Of a DNA stretch of 64,000 bases, positions 39,331-48,733 are shown in pieces; the first letter of the stretch is position 1; each line of letters opens with the position of its first letter. The translations under genes were made by a program, and so were the position numbers. The stretch comes from Nitrososphaerota archaeon (GTDB taxonomy: Archaea > Thermoproteota > Nitrososphaeria_A > Caldarchaeales > Calditenuaceae), in the NCBI GenBank assembly GCA_038845265.1, contig JAWBQR010000002.1, forward strand, positions 94,609 through 158,608, written 5' to 3'. The notes under the pieces are model-generated. The model had not been told where the DNA came from, did not search any database, and worked only from the letters and a program-made list of their open reading frames with translations.

Positions 39331-39959
39331 GGCTTCCTCGCCCTCAGTGTAGCTATTATCATTGAGCAGAGGGCAAGCAGTTGGATTAGGTGGGCCGAGA
39401 GATAAAATACAAAGCCCAGGGGCGTGAAGATAAATAGGATATGACTCACTAGGAGCAAGGTAAATCCAGTCAGGATCAGTCCAGACTCGGTCGTCCTACA
39501 TAAAGTATAGTTGATACCAGTCCAGGCAACTACGAAGGCTAGAAGGAGCGCCGAGACCGCTTCAAAAAATGGATTATAAATCAATACCTGTATTGGCAGG
39601 ATGGCCATCGTCGCTGTAAGTCGCCTCGTCAATGCATATCCATACGTAGCAGCAAAGATAGCATACGAAGCAACTCTCAGTCCTGAATAGGTAAGTTCTG
39701 CTGACTGAATCATTCTTCCATAAACTCCGGGGGGCCAATTGGTGAATGATAATAGCCAGAGGAGGTAGCTGACGGATATGACGCGTGATAGCATGCCGAT
39801 GCCCATTAGGAGAAATCCGAGTCCAAGGTAGAGGAAGGGCCTTAAGTCTGTGACTCTGTAGGCCCTGAAGGCAAGCAGAGCGACAATGAATGCAAGTATA
39901 AGTGCAATGCTCTCCATGAGCAGGTCAAATCGGATAATCCCAAGAACCCCCAGCGGCAT
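39327..39959 (-). CDS. Polytopic membrane protein, translationally coupled to the wHTH gene
   Basis: About 6-7 hydrophobic segments; ATGA overlap with the downstream regulator. Confidence 0.75.
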   Translation of the reverse strand: MPLGVLGIIRFDLLMESIALILAFIVALLAFRAYRVTDLRPFLYLGLGFLLMGIGMLSRVISVSYLLWLLSFTNWPPGVYGRMIQSAELTYSGLRVASYAIFAATYGYALTRRLTATMAILPIQVLIYNPFFEAVSALLLAFVVAWTGINYTLCRTTESGLILTGFTLLLVSHILFIFTPLGFVFYLSAHLIQLLALCSMIIATLRARKP

Positions 39960-40152
39960 ATCAATTTATTGGCTCATCGTCAAAGATAATAACATTATGT
40001 TGGTGCAGACTACTCAAGCATATAGATTTGTGTTGAGTTTTTTCTAGATGTTAATAAAAGTCAATTTCTTATTTTTAAACAGAAACTCTCCTCTTATTAA
40101 ATCTTCGTCGTAGACGATTCATGCATCATCCTTTAATAAGCCTGACGCATAA

Positions 40153-40749
40153 ATGACTTTCAGAATGAGCACGAAAAAGATCTGGATAACTGGAATAATC
40201 AGCGCGGTCCTTGTCGGAGTCTTGGTCATGGTCTTGGCTACGCAGTACGCAAGCGCCGCATTCATAAGTACTCAGCAGCCTACGTCCCAGGCCAGAAATT
40301 GGCAGGGGGCTCTTCAGTGGAACAGAGGCACCTACAGGCCTTTTTACGACGCCAACACGTCGATGCTGATGGATAGGTTAAGGATACGTCAGTGCCTCGA
40401 GAACGCTACATTCAAGGTTGAAGATGTCTCGATTACAGGGAAATTTACTGACGCTGAATATGGCTTTATCGTTATGAGTGTTGATGGGTCAAGCCTCGTC
40501 TTCAGGGCGCCCAACCGCTGGGTCATAAATGGTGAGGTCAAATCATTCATCCATCTATTTGTTGACGACATAATCGTTAAGGGGCACGAAGTCAGGGTCG
40601 ATGCTTTAAGGGTTACAGTGACGCTGCAGGACGGAAGAACAATTACGCACTACGTCGCTAAAACTGTCACTGACCTCAATACAGGCGCGTCTGCCCAAGC
40701 ATTAATGCCCACTACTCTCGGCGGCTCTCCATATAGCTCCCTAGGATAA
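40153..40749 (+). CDS. Secreted or membrane-anchored hypothetical protein
   Basis: N-terminal signal-like helix and beta-rich C-terminal domain. Confidence 0.7.
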   Translation: MTFRMSTKKIWITGIISAVLVGVLVMVLATQYASAAFISTQQPTSQARNWQGALQWNRGTYRPFYDANTSMLMDRLRIRQCLENATFKVEDVSITGKFTDAEYGFIVMSVDGSSLVFRAPNRWVINGEVKSFIHLFVDDIIVKGHEVRVDALRVTVTLQDGRTITHYVAKTVTDLNTGASAQALMPTTLGGSPYSSLG

Positions 40750-42079
40750 GCAGCCTAAACTCGCTTGACTCAAAAAGCTTAGGGTCAATAATCCTCCTAG
40801 CGTCAATGATTATTTTTCCCTTCATTTTTTCTCTAAGCTTTTCAGGCGTGAGTGACCTAAAGACTGGCCAGGGAGTAGCTATGACGGCTGCATCTGCGTT
40901 CTCGAGGCATTCATCAATTGATTTGGCGATGTCTACCTTACCATCTAGGACTTTCGAGACATTTATTGTGGCCGCGGGGTCGAAGATCGAGATGGATGCT
41001 CCACTATTCAGGAGTCTATTTGCCAGCCTGATTGCCTGGGACTCCCTGACATCATCAGTGAATTCCTTGAAGGCAGCTCCTAGTATAGCTATGCGTTTTC
41101 CCGAGAGTGTTGATAGTTCTCGCTCAAGGAGCCTGCAGACCCACTCTACTTGCCCGTCATTAATCTCGATCGTGGCGTCTATGAGATGTGGCTTCAAACC
41201 GGCTTCGAGGAATATTCTCCGAAGAGCCCTTAGGTCCTTTGGAAAGCAGGAGCCTCCCCATCCCAGTCCGGCCTTGAGGAAATACGGTCCTATCCTCTTA
41301 TCGGCTCCGATTCCAGCCGCGACTTCATCCACGTTGCCTCCCGGCAACTTTTCACAGAGCCTCGAGATCATGTTTATGAAGCTTATCTTCATGGCGAGGA
41401 ATGCGTTGTTTGCATATTTTATTAGCTCAGCACTTGTAGGCGTGGTCATGATGACTGGTGGGAGTTGTTCTTGATGGAGAGCTCTGTAGAGACTTAGTAA
41501 TTCTTCACCCGACTTTTGGTCTATGCATCCAATGACTATCCTATCAGGATTGAGTGTATCCTCGACTGCGCTACCCTCCCTGAGGAACTCTGGATTAAAG
41601 CAGAGTCCAAAATCTAATCCACACTTCTTGCCTGAAAATGACTCAAGAATATTCATGAATGGCCCAATCGTTGTTCCAGGAGGAACAGTGCTTCTGAGGA
41701 CTACTACGTGTCGTTGATTAAGACTTCTGAGACACTTACCAATTGTCTCGGCGGCGCTGAATACTTGTGATAGGTCAGCGGACCCGTCGCTTAGCGAGGG
41801 CGTTCCGACTGTAATGATTGTATAGCTGCTTCTAGAGATGCCTTCCGCCGGGTCCTCAACCACCCTGAGCCTACCATTCATCACTGCATTTCTCAGCAGA
41901 TCTTCTAGGCCCGGCTCATATATCGGAGAGACGCCATTCCTAATTGCTGAGAGCTTCTCTGGATTGATGTCGTGGCAATAGACGAGGATTCCCCTACTTG
42001 AGAGGCAGGCGGCAGTAACGATTCCCACGTATCCGAGACCAATAACTGTGACAGACATTGTGTCCTGCATCTTCATCAC
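40712..42079 (-). CDS. ugd: UDP-glucose/GDP-mannose 6-dehydrogenase
   Basis: IGLGYVG, RSTVPPGT, NPEFLREG, GGSCFPKD, DDVRES. Confidence 0.93.
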   Translation of the reverse strand: MMKMQDTMSVTVIGLGYVGIVTAACLSSRGILVYCHDINPEKLSAIRNGVSPIYEPGLEDLLRNAVMNGRLRVVEDPAEGISRSSYTIITVGTPSLSDGSADLSQVFSAAETIGKCLRSLNQRHVVVLRSTVPPGTTIGPFMNILESFSGKKCGLDFGLCFNPEFLREGSAVEDTLNPDRIVIGCIDQKSGEELLSLYRALHQEQLPPVIMTTPTSAELIKYANNAFLAMKISFINMISRLCEKLPGGNVDEVAAGIGADKRIGPYFLKAGLGWGGSCFPKDLRALRRIFLEAGLKPHLIDATIEINDGQVEWVCRLLERELSTLSGKRIAILGAAFKEFTDDVRESQAIRLANRLLNSGASISIFDPAATINVSKVLDGKVDIAKSIDECLENADAAVIATPWPVFRSLTPEKLREKMKGKIIIDARRIIDPKLFESSEFRLLILGSYMESRRE

Positions 42080-42630
42080 TTAGAATTGGGTAGACGTTTA
42101 GCGTATCCTCCCCTCTCGAGGAGCTCGGCAGAGTCGGGAGGAATGATGGCGATGTCGCCCTCCCTGAACGGTCCGTGAACATGTCCCTTCTTGTCAACGA
42201 TTGCTGAAGTATCCTTAAGCATCACGACTAGCTCCTTTTCATCTATCTTTATCTTTGGGGATAGGTTCAGCATCTCAGATACCTCGTTGACTATGCCGAG
42301 ATAGGCCCGGCCCAGTTTTTGGAAAGCTCTGTACATCTCTTCTTCAAACTCAAGCATATTCTCTAATGTCTCGCCCCTCAGCGCAGCATCAATAACCTTC
42401 CTCATCCTTAGCATGAATATTTTCCTGACGAGAGATGAGAGGATTCTCAATTCTTCTTCCCTAAGGATTGTATTGATTGACTTTTTATCGACTGCGAGCT
42501 TAATCTCCATTCTGAGCCTGGAGGCATGGCTTCTCAGGTTCTCGGCCCATTCCTGAGGAATCGGGGCGAGTCTTTCAGAAGAGTTCTCAGCCCTCCATAT
42601 ATCCACGGACTGTGAATATACTTCCGACAT
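42076..42630 (-). CDS. GINS complex subunit (A-then-B domain order, Gins51/Gins15 type)
   Basis: Helical A domain with RMRK and EEEMY, C-terminal B domain GPFREGDIAIIP...LLERG; downstream of priS. Confidence 0.8.
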   Translation of the reverse strand: MSEVYSQSVDIWRAENSSERLAPIPQEWAENLRSHASRLRMEIKLAVDKKSINTILREEELRILSSLVRKIFMLRMRKVIDAALRGETLENMLEFEEEMYRAFQKLGRAYLGIVNEVSEMLNLSPKIKIDEKELVVMLKDTSAIVDKKGHVHGPFREGDIAIIPPDSAELLERGGYAKRLPNSK

Positions 42631-42667
42631 CTCTTACACTAATTGAGACATAGCTTGTAATAGAGCT

Positions 42668-43903
42668 TTAGACCCTAATGGGGTCAGCCAGGCCCCTCAG
42701 GACAAGGTAAACAGCTGCATGGAGGGGCAATTCAGCCTCCCTCGGCTCCGGCACCTCGTCAAAGAGGTCACCACCAAGCTGGAATGCCGGTGCATAGACG
42801 ATCCTAACCCTCACTTTATAGTTGCTTTTCAGGACTGCTGCATCCCTCAGAGGCTCTGCACCCTCGAGCCCATCGACTGGTATCGACGCTGCCAGTAGTC
42901 CTGTCTTACCGTTCAGTGTTCCGCTCATCCTCATTAATCTATGAATATCAGTCGTGACCACCGGGTCTATCTTGACAGACTCTGTCATTATAGCTTCCGA
43001 CGAGATCTTTGCCCAGAAGCTTGGAGGACCGACACTCCAAGTCGGCTCAACGCTCCACGTCTCCCTTATCTTCTTGATTAAGTCCGGCCTCACGCCCTGG
43101 ATCGCTATGTTCTCGGCATGCCCGGTGGTGAGGAGGGCGTATATCCTCTTGATGACTCGCCCCCTCCACCCCCAGGAGTTTAGCTCCGGCTCGGGATAGT
43201 CCCTAAGGTTCTTTCTTCCCCGTCTACCAGGCTCCAGTGCGGGTATTCCGTGAAGTCTAGGCTGAAACCCCTCACCTACCAGATAGTTCACGATCTCCCT
43301 CCTTGCCGACGAGTCAAGGGGCTTGAAGTCTTCAGAATAAACTACAACGTGGAAGCCTCTGTTTCCAGAGAAGCCTACCTCTAACTCATTCTCTGGGACT
43401 CCGAAGTCATCCATGAGGACGTTGACTAGCTTAACTGTCTCGGCCCTGGCCGAGTTGATGCAGTTTTCGCAGACCCAGTCAATCTCCATCAGTGTAGAGC
43501 CGCACTCAGCGCATTTGCCATCTACTCCTTGAGATAAGCCATGTACTGGGCATACCCTGTAGCTATGTTTAGCGATGCATGATAGTCCAAGATGGTCTGC
43601 ATCGATGTCGAATACCAGGTCTGCGCCTAGCCAAGACTTCTCCTCCATAGGTGCCTTTGGATACATGTAGTAGGCCGCGGAGCGATAGACGTGGAGCGGC
43701 CCCACGCGCCTAACCTCGTCCCTAACCTCCTCCGCGGACTGGAAGGAGAGATGCCTAACCATGACGCTCTGACCGAATGGGAAATATCCATACTCCCTTC
43801 TCTCCGGCTGTCTCGGTACATTGATGAGTGAGTAGTTCTCAGCATAGAACTTCCTGAAGACTCTCCTCGCGAACTCTTGGCCACGCTGAGATATGAATGA
43901 CAC
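42668..43903 (-). CDS. priS: DNA primase small (catalytic) subunit
   Basis: REYG, DLVFDIDAD, FSGNRGFH, IDPVVTTDIHRLMR. Confidence 0.96.
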   Translation of the reverse strand: MSFISQRGQEFARRVFRKFYAENYSLINVPRQPERREYGYFPFGQSVMVRHLSFQSAEEVRDEVRRVGPLHVYRSAAYYMYPKAPMEEKSWLGADLVFDIDADHLGLSCIAKHSYRVCPVHGLSQGVDGKCAECGSTLMEIDWVCENCINSARAETVKLVNVLMDDFGVPENELEVGFSGNRGFHVVVYSEDFKPLDSSARREIVNYLVGEGFQPRLHGIPALEPGRRGRKNLRDYPEPELNSWGWRGRVIKRIYALLTTGHAENIAIQGVRPDLIKKIRETWSVEPTWSVGPPSFWAKISSEAIMTESVKIDPVVTTDIHRLMRMSGTLNGKTGLLAASIPVDGLEGAEPLRDAAVLKSNYKVRVRIVYAPAFQLGGDLFDEVPEPREAELPLHAAVYLVLRGLADPIRV

Positions 43904-43961
43904 GGGCTATAAACAAAAAATCTGCATTCACTAAATAAGGATTTCTAAACAGAGACGGGGA

Positions 43962-44873
43962 TTGCAACATTTATTTGGATATGGCGTCATGGATATGCCC
44001 GTGGACGGTGCGAGGAAATACAAGGTCGTACTGCCGGTAGCTGGTCTCGGGACGCGTCTCCTACCAGCAACAAAGGAGCAGCCAAAAGAGATGCTTCCAA
44101 TATTTGCACCAGACGGCAGGGGTGGAAGATGCCTCAAGCCACTTCTTCAGCTCGTCTTTGAGCAGCTCTACAACTATGGATTCAGAGAGTTCATATTTGT
44201 CGTTGGGCGTGGAAAGAGGGCGGTTGAGGATCACTTCACTCCCGACGCCCAGTTCGTCGAAGAACTGGAGAGAAGGGGCAAGACTGAATACTCCCGCATA
44301 GTCGGCGATTTCTACAGAATGCTCAGCGACAGTGTCTTGACGTGGGTGAATCAGCCGTCGCCCCTTGGCTTTGGACACGCAGTACTCATAACGAGACACG
44401 TCGTCGGTAGTGGGCCATTAATTGTACAGGCCGGCGATACATACATACATTCTGACGGAAACAGGCACATATCAAGAGTGATTGAGGTCTTCGAGTCACG
44501 GAATGCCGATGCAGTCATCCTGCTAAAAAGAGTGGCCGACCCAAGAATCTACGGCGTCGTCGAGGGTAAGAGTATCGGCGAGAGAATCGTAGAGATTACA
44601 GGGGTCGAGGAGAAGCCAGAGCGTCCAAGATCAAACCTAGCAATAATGCCTCTCTATGTCTTCAAGGGCCTGATCTTCAAGGCGCTTGAGACAGTCAAGC
44701 CTGATAGCCGCGGAGAGATTCAGCTCACTGATGGTATTCAGAGATGCATAGAGTGGGGCGGCAGGGTCTACGGCGTCGAGATAGGTGAGGGATACGTCAT
44801 GGACATAGGAAACCCAGCATCATACTGGGAAGCCCTACAAACATCCTATGCATTAGCATCAATGAACAAATAA
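43962..44873 (+). CDS. galU: UTP-glucose-1-phosphate uridylyltransferase
   Basis: PVAGLGTRLLPATK-x2-PKEMLP, VEEKP, GEIQLTD; start possibly a little downstream. Confidence 0.88.
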   Translation: MQHLFGYGVMDMPVDGARKYKVVLPVAGLGTRLLPATKEQPKEMLPIFAPDGRGGRCLKPLLQLVFEQLYNYGFREFIFVVGRGKRAVEDHFTPDAQFVEELERRGKTEYSRIVGDFYRMLSDSVLTWVNQPSPLGFGHAVLITRHVVGSGPLIVQAGDTYIHSDGNRHISRVIEVFESRNADAVILLKRVADPRIYGVVEGKSIGERIVEITGVEEKPERPRSNLAIMPLYVFKGLIFKALETVKPDSRGEIQLTDGIQRCIEWGGRVYGVEIGEGYVMDIGNPASYWEALQTSYALASMNK

Positions 44874-44927
44874 TGCGGGTATTCGGATTAGATTTAAAAG
44901 TCAGAGAAAATCGTAGTTTGGTGAGGT

Positions 44928-46100
44928 GTGTTTAACCTCAATTCAGGACTAATCAGTGGGGATAGATTAATAGAGCTCGGACAGGTCGAGATCCGTCGAT
45001 ATGGTCGTCAAATAATAATCCCAGATGTCGGACTAATTGGTCAGAGGAAGCTTAAGTCCGCGAAGGTGCTCGTTGTAGGCGTTGGAGGTTTAGGCTCAGC
45101 TGCATCTCTCTACCTCGCAGCTGCAGGCGTTGGGACAATAGGGCTCATTGACCATGATGTCGTCGAAGAGACAAATCTCCAAAGACAAGTCATCTATACG
45201 ACTGATGACGTTGGGAGGAAGAAGATAGAGGCCGCGAAGGAGAGGCTCTCTCGCCTCAATCCATACATAGAGATTGAGACTTACGGCGAGACAATCAGCT
45301 CCGCCAACGCTCTAGACATCATATCAAAGTACGACCTCGTCATCGATGCTACTGATAACTTCCCAGCGAGATATCTCCTGAATGATGCCTGCGTGATTCT
45401 TGGAAAGCCACTGATCTATGGGAGCATATTTAGGTTTGATGGTCAGGTATCTGTCTTCTATCCTAGAAGGGGCCCGTGCTATCGTTGTTTATACCCGGAG
45501 CCACCTTCGCCTCATCTGGTCCCCTCATGTGCTGAGGGAGGAGTGCTAGGAGTGCTGCCGGGAATTGTGGGCACGATACAGGCAAACGAGGCCATCAAGC
45601 TAATCATAGGCATAGGAGAACCGCTGATAGGAAGGCTACTAATGATCGATGCGCTTGTCCCCTCATTCAGAGAACTCAGGATAGAGAGGGACAGGAACTG
45701 CCCTGTATGTGGAGAGAATCCATCCATAAGGGAGCTCATAGACTACGAGGAGTTCTGCGGACTTAGTAGAGGAGAGGCAAGAGAAGAACTCGAGGTATCG
45801 CCAGAGGAGTTGAAGCAGATGCTTGAGAGAGGCGAAGTCCAGCTGATAGACGTGAGGGAGCCATTCGAGTGGGAGATATGCCATATAGAGGGCGCAAAGC
45901 TGATACCGCTCGGTCAGCTACCATCTAGGATACATGAGCTCGACCCAGCCAAGACCATCGTAGTCTATTGTCATTCAGGATACAGGTCGGCGCAGGCCGT
46001 GAAGCTTCTAAGAGAACTCGGTCTCAGGAAGACCTATAACCTGGCGGGAGGAATAGACGCATACGCAGAACGAGTAGACCCATCACTAACAAGATACTAG
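44928..46100 (+). CDS. moeB: MoeB/ThiF E1-like adenylyltransferase fused to rhodanese (MoeZ type)
   Basis: RYGRQI, GVGGLG, TNLQRQ, CYRC, SCAEGG, CPVC; rhodanese DVRE and CHSGYRS. Confidence 0.93.
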   Translation: MFNLNSGLISGDRLIELGQVEIRRYGRQIIIPDVGLIGQRKLKSAKVLVVGVGGLGSAASLYLAAAGVGTIGLIDHDVVEETNLQRQVIYTTDDVGRKKIEAAKERLSRLNPYIEIETYGETISSANALDIISKYDLVIDATDNFPARYLLNDACVILGKPLIYGSIFRFDGQVSVFYPRRGPCYRCLYPEPPSPHLVPSCAEGGVLGVLPGIVGTIQANEAIKLIIGIGEPLIGRLLMIDALVPSFRELRIERDRNCPVCGENPSIRELIDYEEFCGLSRGEAREELEVSPEELKQMLERGEVQLIDVREPFEWEICHIEGAKLIPLGQLPSRIHELDPAKTIVVYCHSGYRSAQAVKLLRELGLRKTYNLAGGIDAYAERVDPSLTRY

Positions 46101-46155
46101 AAGACCTAAACCTCATCTTAAATTAATATTTACGCATCGCCAAGACATAACTATG

Positions 46156-46216
46156 GGTGGATGAAGACTCATTCACCCGTCTGAAGAAATGATGATAAAG
46201 GGGGTCAACTGACACC
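46156..46216 (+). ncRNA. Candidate box C/D sRNA
   Basis: GGTG-g-ATGAAGA(C)-13 nt-CTGA(D')-agaa-ATGATGA(C')-13 nt-CTGA(D)-CACC; terminal stem; AT-rich TATA-like tract about 30 nt upstream. Confidence 0.8.
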
Positions 46217-46275
46217 TACCAATCATAGAAAAGTCTTGATAAAAAAGCAATTCTATTTTTTAGGTGATAATAAAA

Positions 46276-46308
46276 TTGGACGTGGAGCGCCTTAGCATAG
46301 GTTGCGCC
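46276..46308 (-). other. 3' arm of the 23S pre-rRNA bulge-helix-bulge processing stem
   Basis: Sense GGCGCAACCUA-UGCU-aag-GCGCUCCACGUCCAA pairs with 50148-50180. Confidence 0.9.
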
Positions 46309-46645
46309 CGGCATGGCTAAGCGGCTCAGGCGATTGGGAGTGGCAGGCTGAGGGCGTCCGGCCGAAGCCTCCGCCCGTACACCTCCACCCCATCAACCCC
46401 CTCTTCTAGGGGAGCCCTCGTCGAGACCCAAGGCCCGTTGCCAGGCCCTATAGGTCTCGATTGGCCGCCTATTTTTGGGAGCGGCTTCGAGCTTAGATGC
46501 TTTCAGCTCTTATCCGCAGGGGCGCGGCTGCCCGGCGTTGCCCTGTAGGACAACCGGTACGCCGTTGGCCCCGGCCCTCCGTTCCTCTCGTACTAGGAGG
46601 GCCTTCCCCTCAGGCGGCCCGCACCCCCAGTAGGTAGAAACCGAT

Positions 46646-46685
<40 letters not shown>

Positions 46686-47325
46686 GATAGGCGAGCAGCC
46701 TCACCCTTGGCCCCTGCTGCGAGGCCAGGATGGGAAGAGCCGACATCGAGGTACCAAGCCGCGGGGTCGATGGGGACTCTCGCCCGCGACGAGCCTGTTA
46801 TCCCTGGGGTAACTTTTCTGTCACCACCGGCCCCCACTGGTAGGAGCCGATGGATCGCTAGGCCCGGGTTTCCCCTCAGGACCCCTTGCGTTCGAGGGTC
46901 CTGTCAGGCCGGCTTTTGCCCTTGCACTCCACGGCGGGTTTCTGTCCCGCCTGAGCCGACCTTTGGGCTCCTCCGATATCTTTTCGGAGGAGTGCCGCCC
47001 CAGCCAAACTGCCCACCAGCCGTTGTCCCAGGGCGCAGGCCCCGGTTAGCGGGGTAGTTCAGGACGGCCGGTGTTACATTGGCGCCTCCCCAGGCCCCCG
47101 GAGAGGCCTGGATCGATGGCTCCCGGCTACGCTATGCGTCCCAAACCACTCCGCAGCAACTGGCTGCAGTAAAGCTCCACAGGGTCTTCTCTCCCCACTG
47201 GGGGTTCGTGGACTGTTCGTCCACGTTAAGTGGGTTCACGGGGCTCCGGACCGGGACAGTGGGGCCCTCGTTGATCCATTCATGCACGTCGGAACTCACC
47301 CGACAAGGCATTTGGCTACCTTAAG

Positions 47326-48090
47326 CAACCCAGAACAATGGGTTGGACCATATCTTCGCCCTCGAGTTCATCTTCAAGTCGCTCTAAGGCGCCCGGCGTA
47401 TGGTCTCTGAGGCGCCCACCCGCCTCTCAATCTCAGAGACTATATCACTCAGGCTGTACTTTCTATCAGATGATAATTGATACGCCTTTTCAAGAAGTCT
47501 CCTGAATCCCTCGGCGCTTTTATGCTCTTTCCTCTCTAATCCTTCCACTATCTCTGCGAATCGTTCGAACTCGCTCCACTTAATTATTGGTTTATGCTTT
47601 CTGAAGAATGGGATTATCTTCTCAACGAGGCTTTTTCGCGCATCGACGATGTATTGAAGCGTTGTATCTTCCTGTCCCGGCTTAGGTATGATTCTTCCAC
47701 AGCTAAATGTTCTCTTCAGGATCTCAAGCACTATTCTCTTCTCAGCGCTCTGTGTCACATGGAATACAGGGTCGATAACCCATCCAAACCGCGCGCTGTC
47801 TTGTTTTTTAATGGATATTGAGAAGCATCCTTCACCGTCTACAAGGCCAACTATATAGTAGTTTAGGTATTTCCTTCTGCTTGGCAGACGTCTAGGGTCA
47901 ATCAAGTCTCTGAACTCATTAAGCAATTTTTGCTACACCACATAGTATCCTTCGTAGTGTTTCTTTAATAATTTGAGGCGAGTGGTTCCCTGCGGGTCGG
48001 GGTCATCTGGTCAACCTATGTTCCCTGCTCGGGAGGCTGACCAGTCCATCCTTCCCCGCATATAGCCGGGTTTAACGACTCCCTAACTCG
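47326..48090 (-). mobile_element. Group I intron (765 nt) at about LSU position 1923 (E. coli numbering, inferred)
   Basis: Splits GACTCT^CTTAAGGTAGCC; P1 GACUCU/GGAGUC with U-G at the splice site; P3 CCCGGC/GCCGGG; P4 UGCGGG/CCCGCA; P7 GACCA/UGGUC; S element AAGAUAUGGUCC; terminal G. Confidence 0.93.
47384..47926 (-). CDS. Intron-encoded single-motif LAGLIDADG homing endonuclease
   Basis: YIVGLVDGEGCF, FHVTQ, FSCG, IIPFF. Confidence 0.93.
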   Translation of the reverse strand: MLNEFRDLIDPRRLPSRRKYLNYYIVGLVDGEGCFSISIKKQDSARFGWVIDPVFHVTQSAEKRIVLEILKRTFSCGRIIPKPGQEDTTLQYIVDARKSLVEKIIPFFRKHKPIIKWSEFERFAEIVEGLERKEHKSAEGFRRLLEKAYQLSSDRKYSLSDIVSEIERRVGASETIRRAP

Positions 48091-48695
48091 AGAGTCAGAG
48101 TTACTCCCGGCGCTAGCCGGCCCTTATCCCGGTTGGACCCGGGGTTCAGGTACCGGTGCTGGCCAGGATTGAGAAGCCGTTCAAAGCCTTTCGGCCTTGC
48201 GGCTTCCTATGTTTTTATTAAACAGTCAGGACCCCCTTGTCACTGCGACCTGCCTTCCCAGCCTCTTCGGCAAGGAGGGCAGGCACCCCTTATCCCGAGG
48301 TTACGGGGCCAATTTGCCGAGTTCCCTGGCCCGGAGTCACCCCAGACGCCTTGGCCTTCTCAGCCAGGGGCACCAGTGTCGGATCTAGGCACGGTCTCTC
48401 GGGATCGTTCCAGGCTCCCTTTTCACTGGCTCCAGGGATCAGCCGAAGCCGCCATACGGCGGCCCCATCACTCCTTCACCTGGTTCTCGCCGTTACGGCT
48501 CTCCCCAGGCTTCAGAGCTTGGACAGAGCTACGGCCCTGCTCGGCCTACCCCGAAGCGTCAGGAGCCTGGCTTGCGTTGCCGCACCTACCCGAGAGGCAC
48601 CGGAATCTTAACCGGTTTCCCCTTCGGCCTACCCGGTTAAGGTCGGCCTTAGGACCGGCTTACTCCCGGCTGACGACGCATTGCCGGGAGACCCG

Positions 48696-48733
<38 letters not shown>

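Noticed and set aside
47326-48090. Reading the 23S insert as a classical archaeal BHB intron
   Set aside because: No BHB is evident at the exon-intron junctions, while group I core pairings and the terminal G are present.
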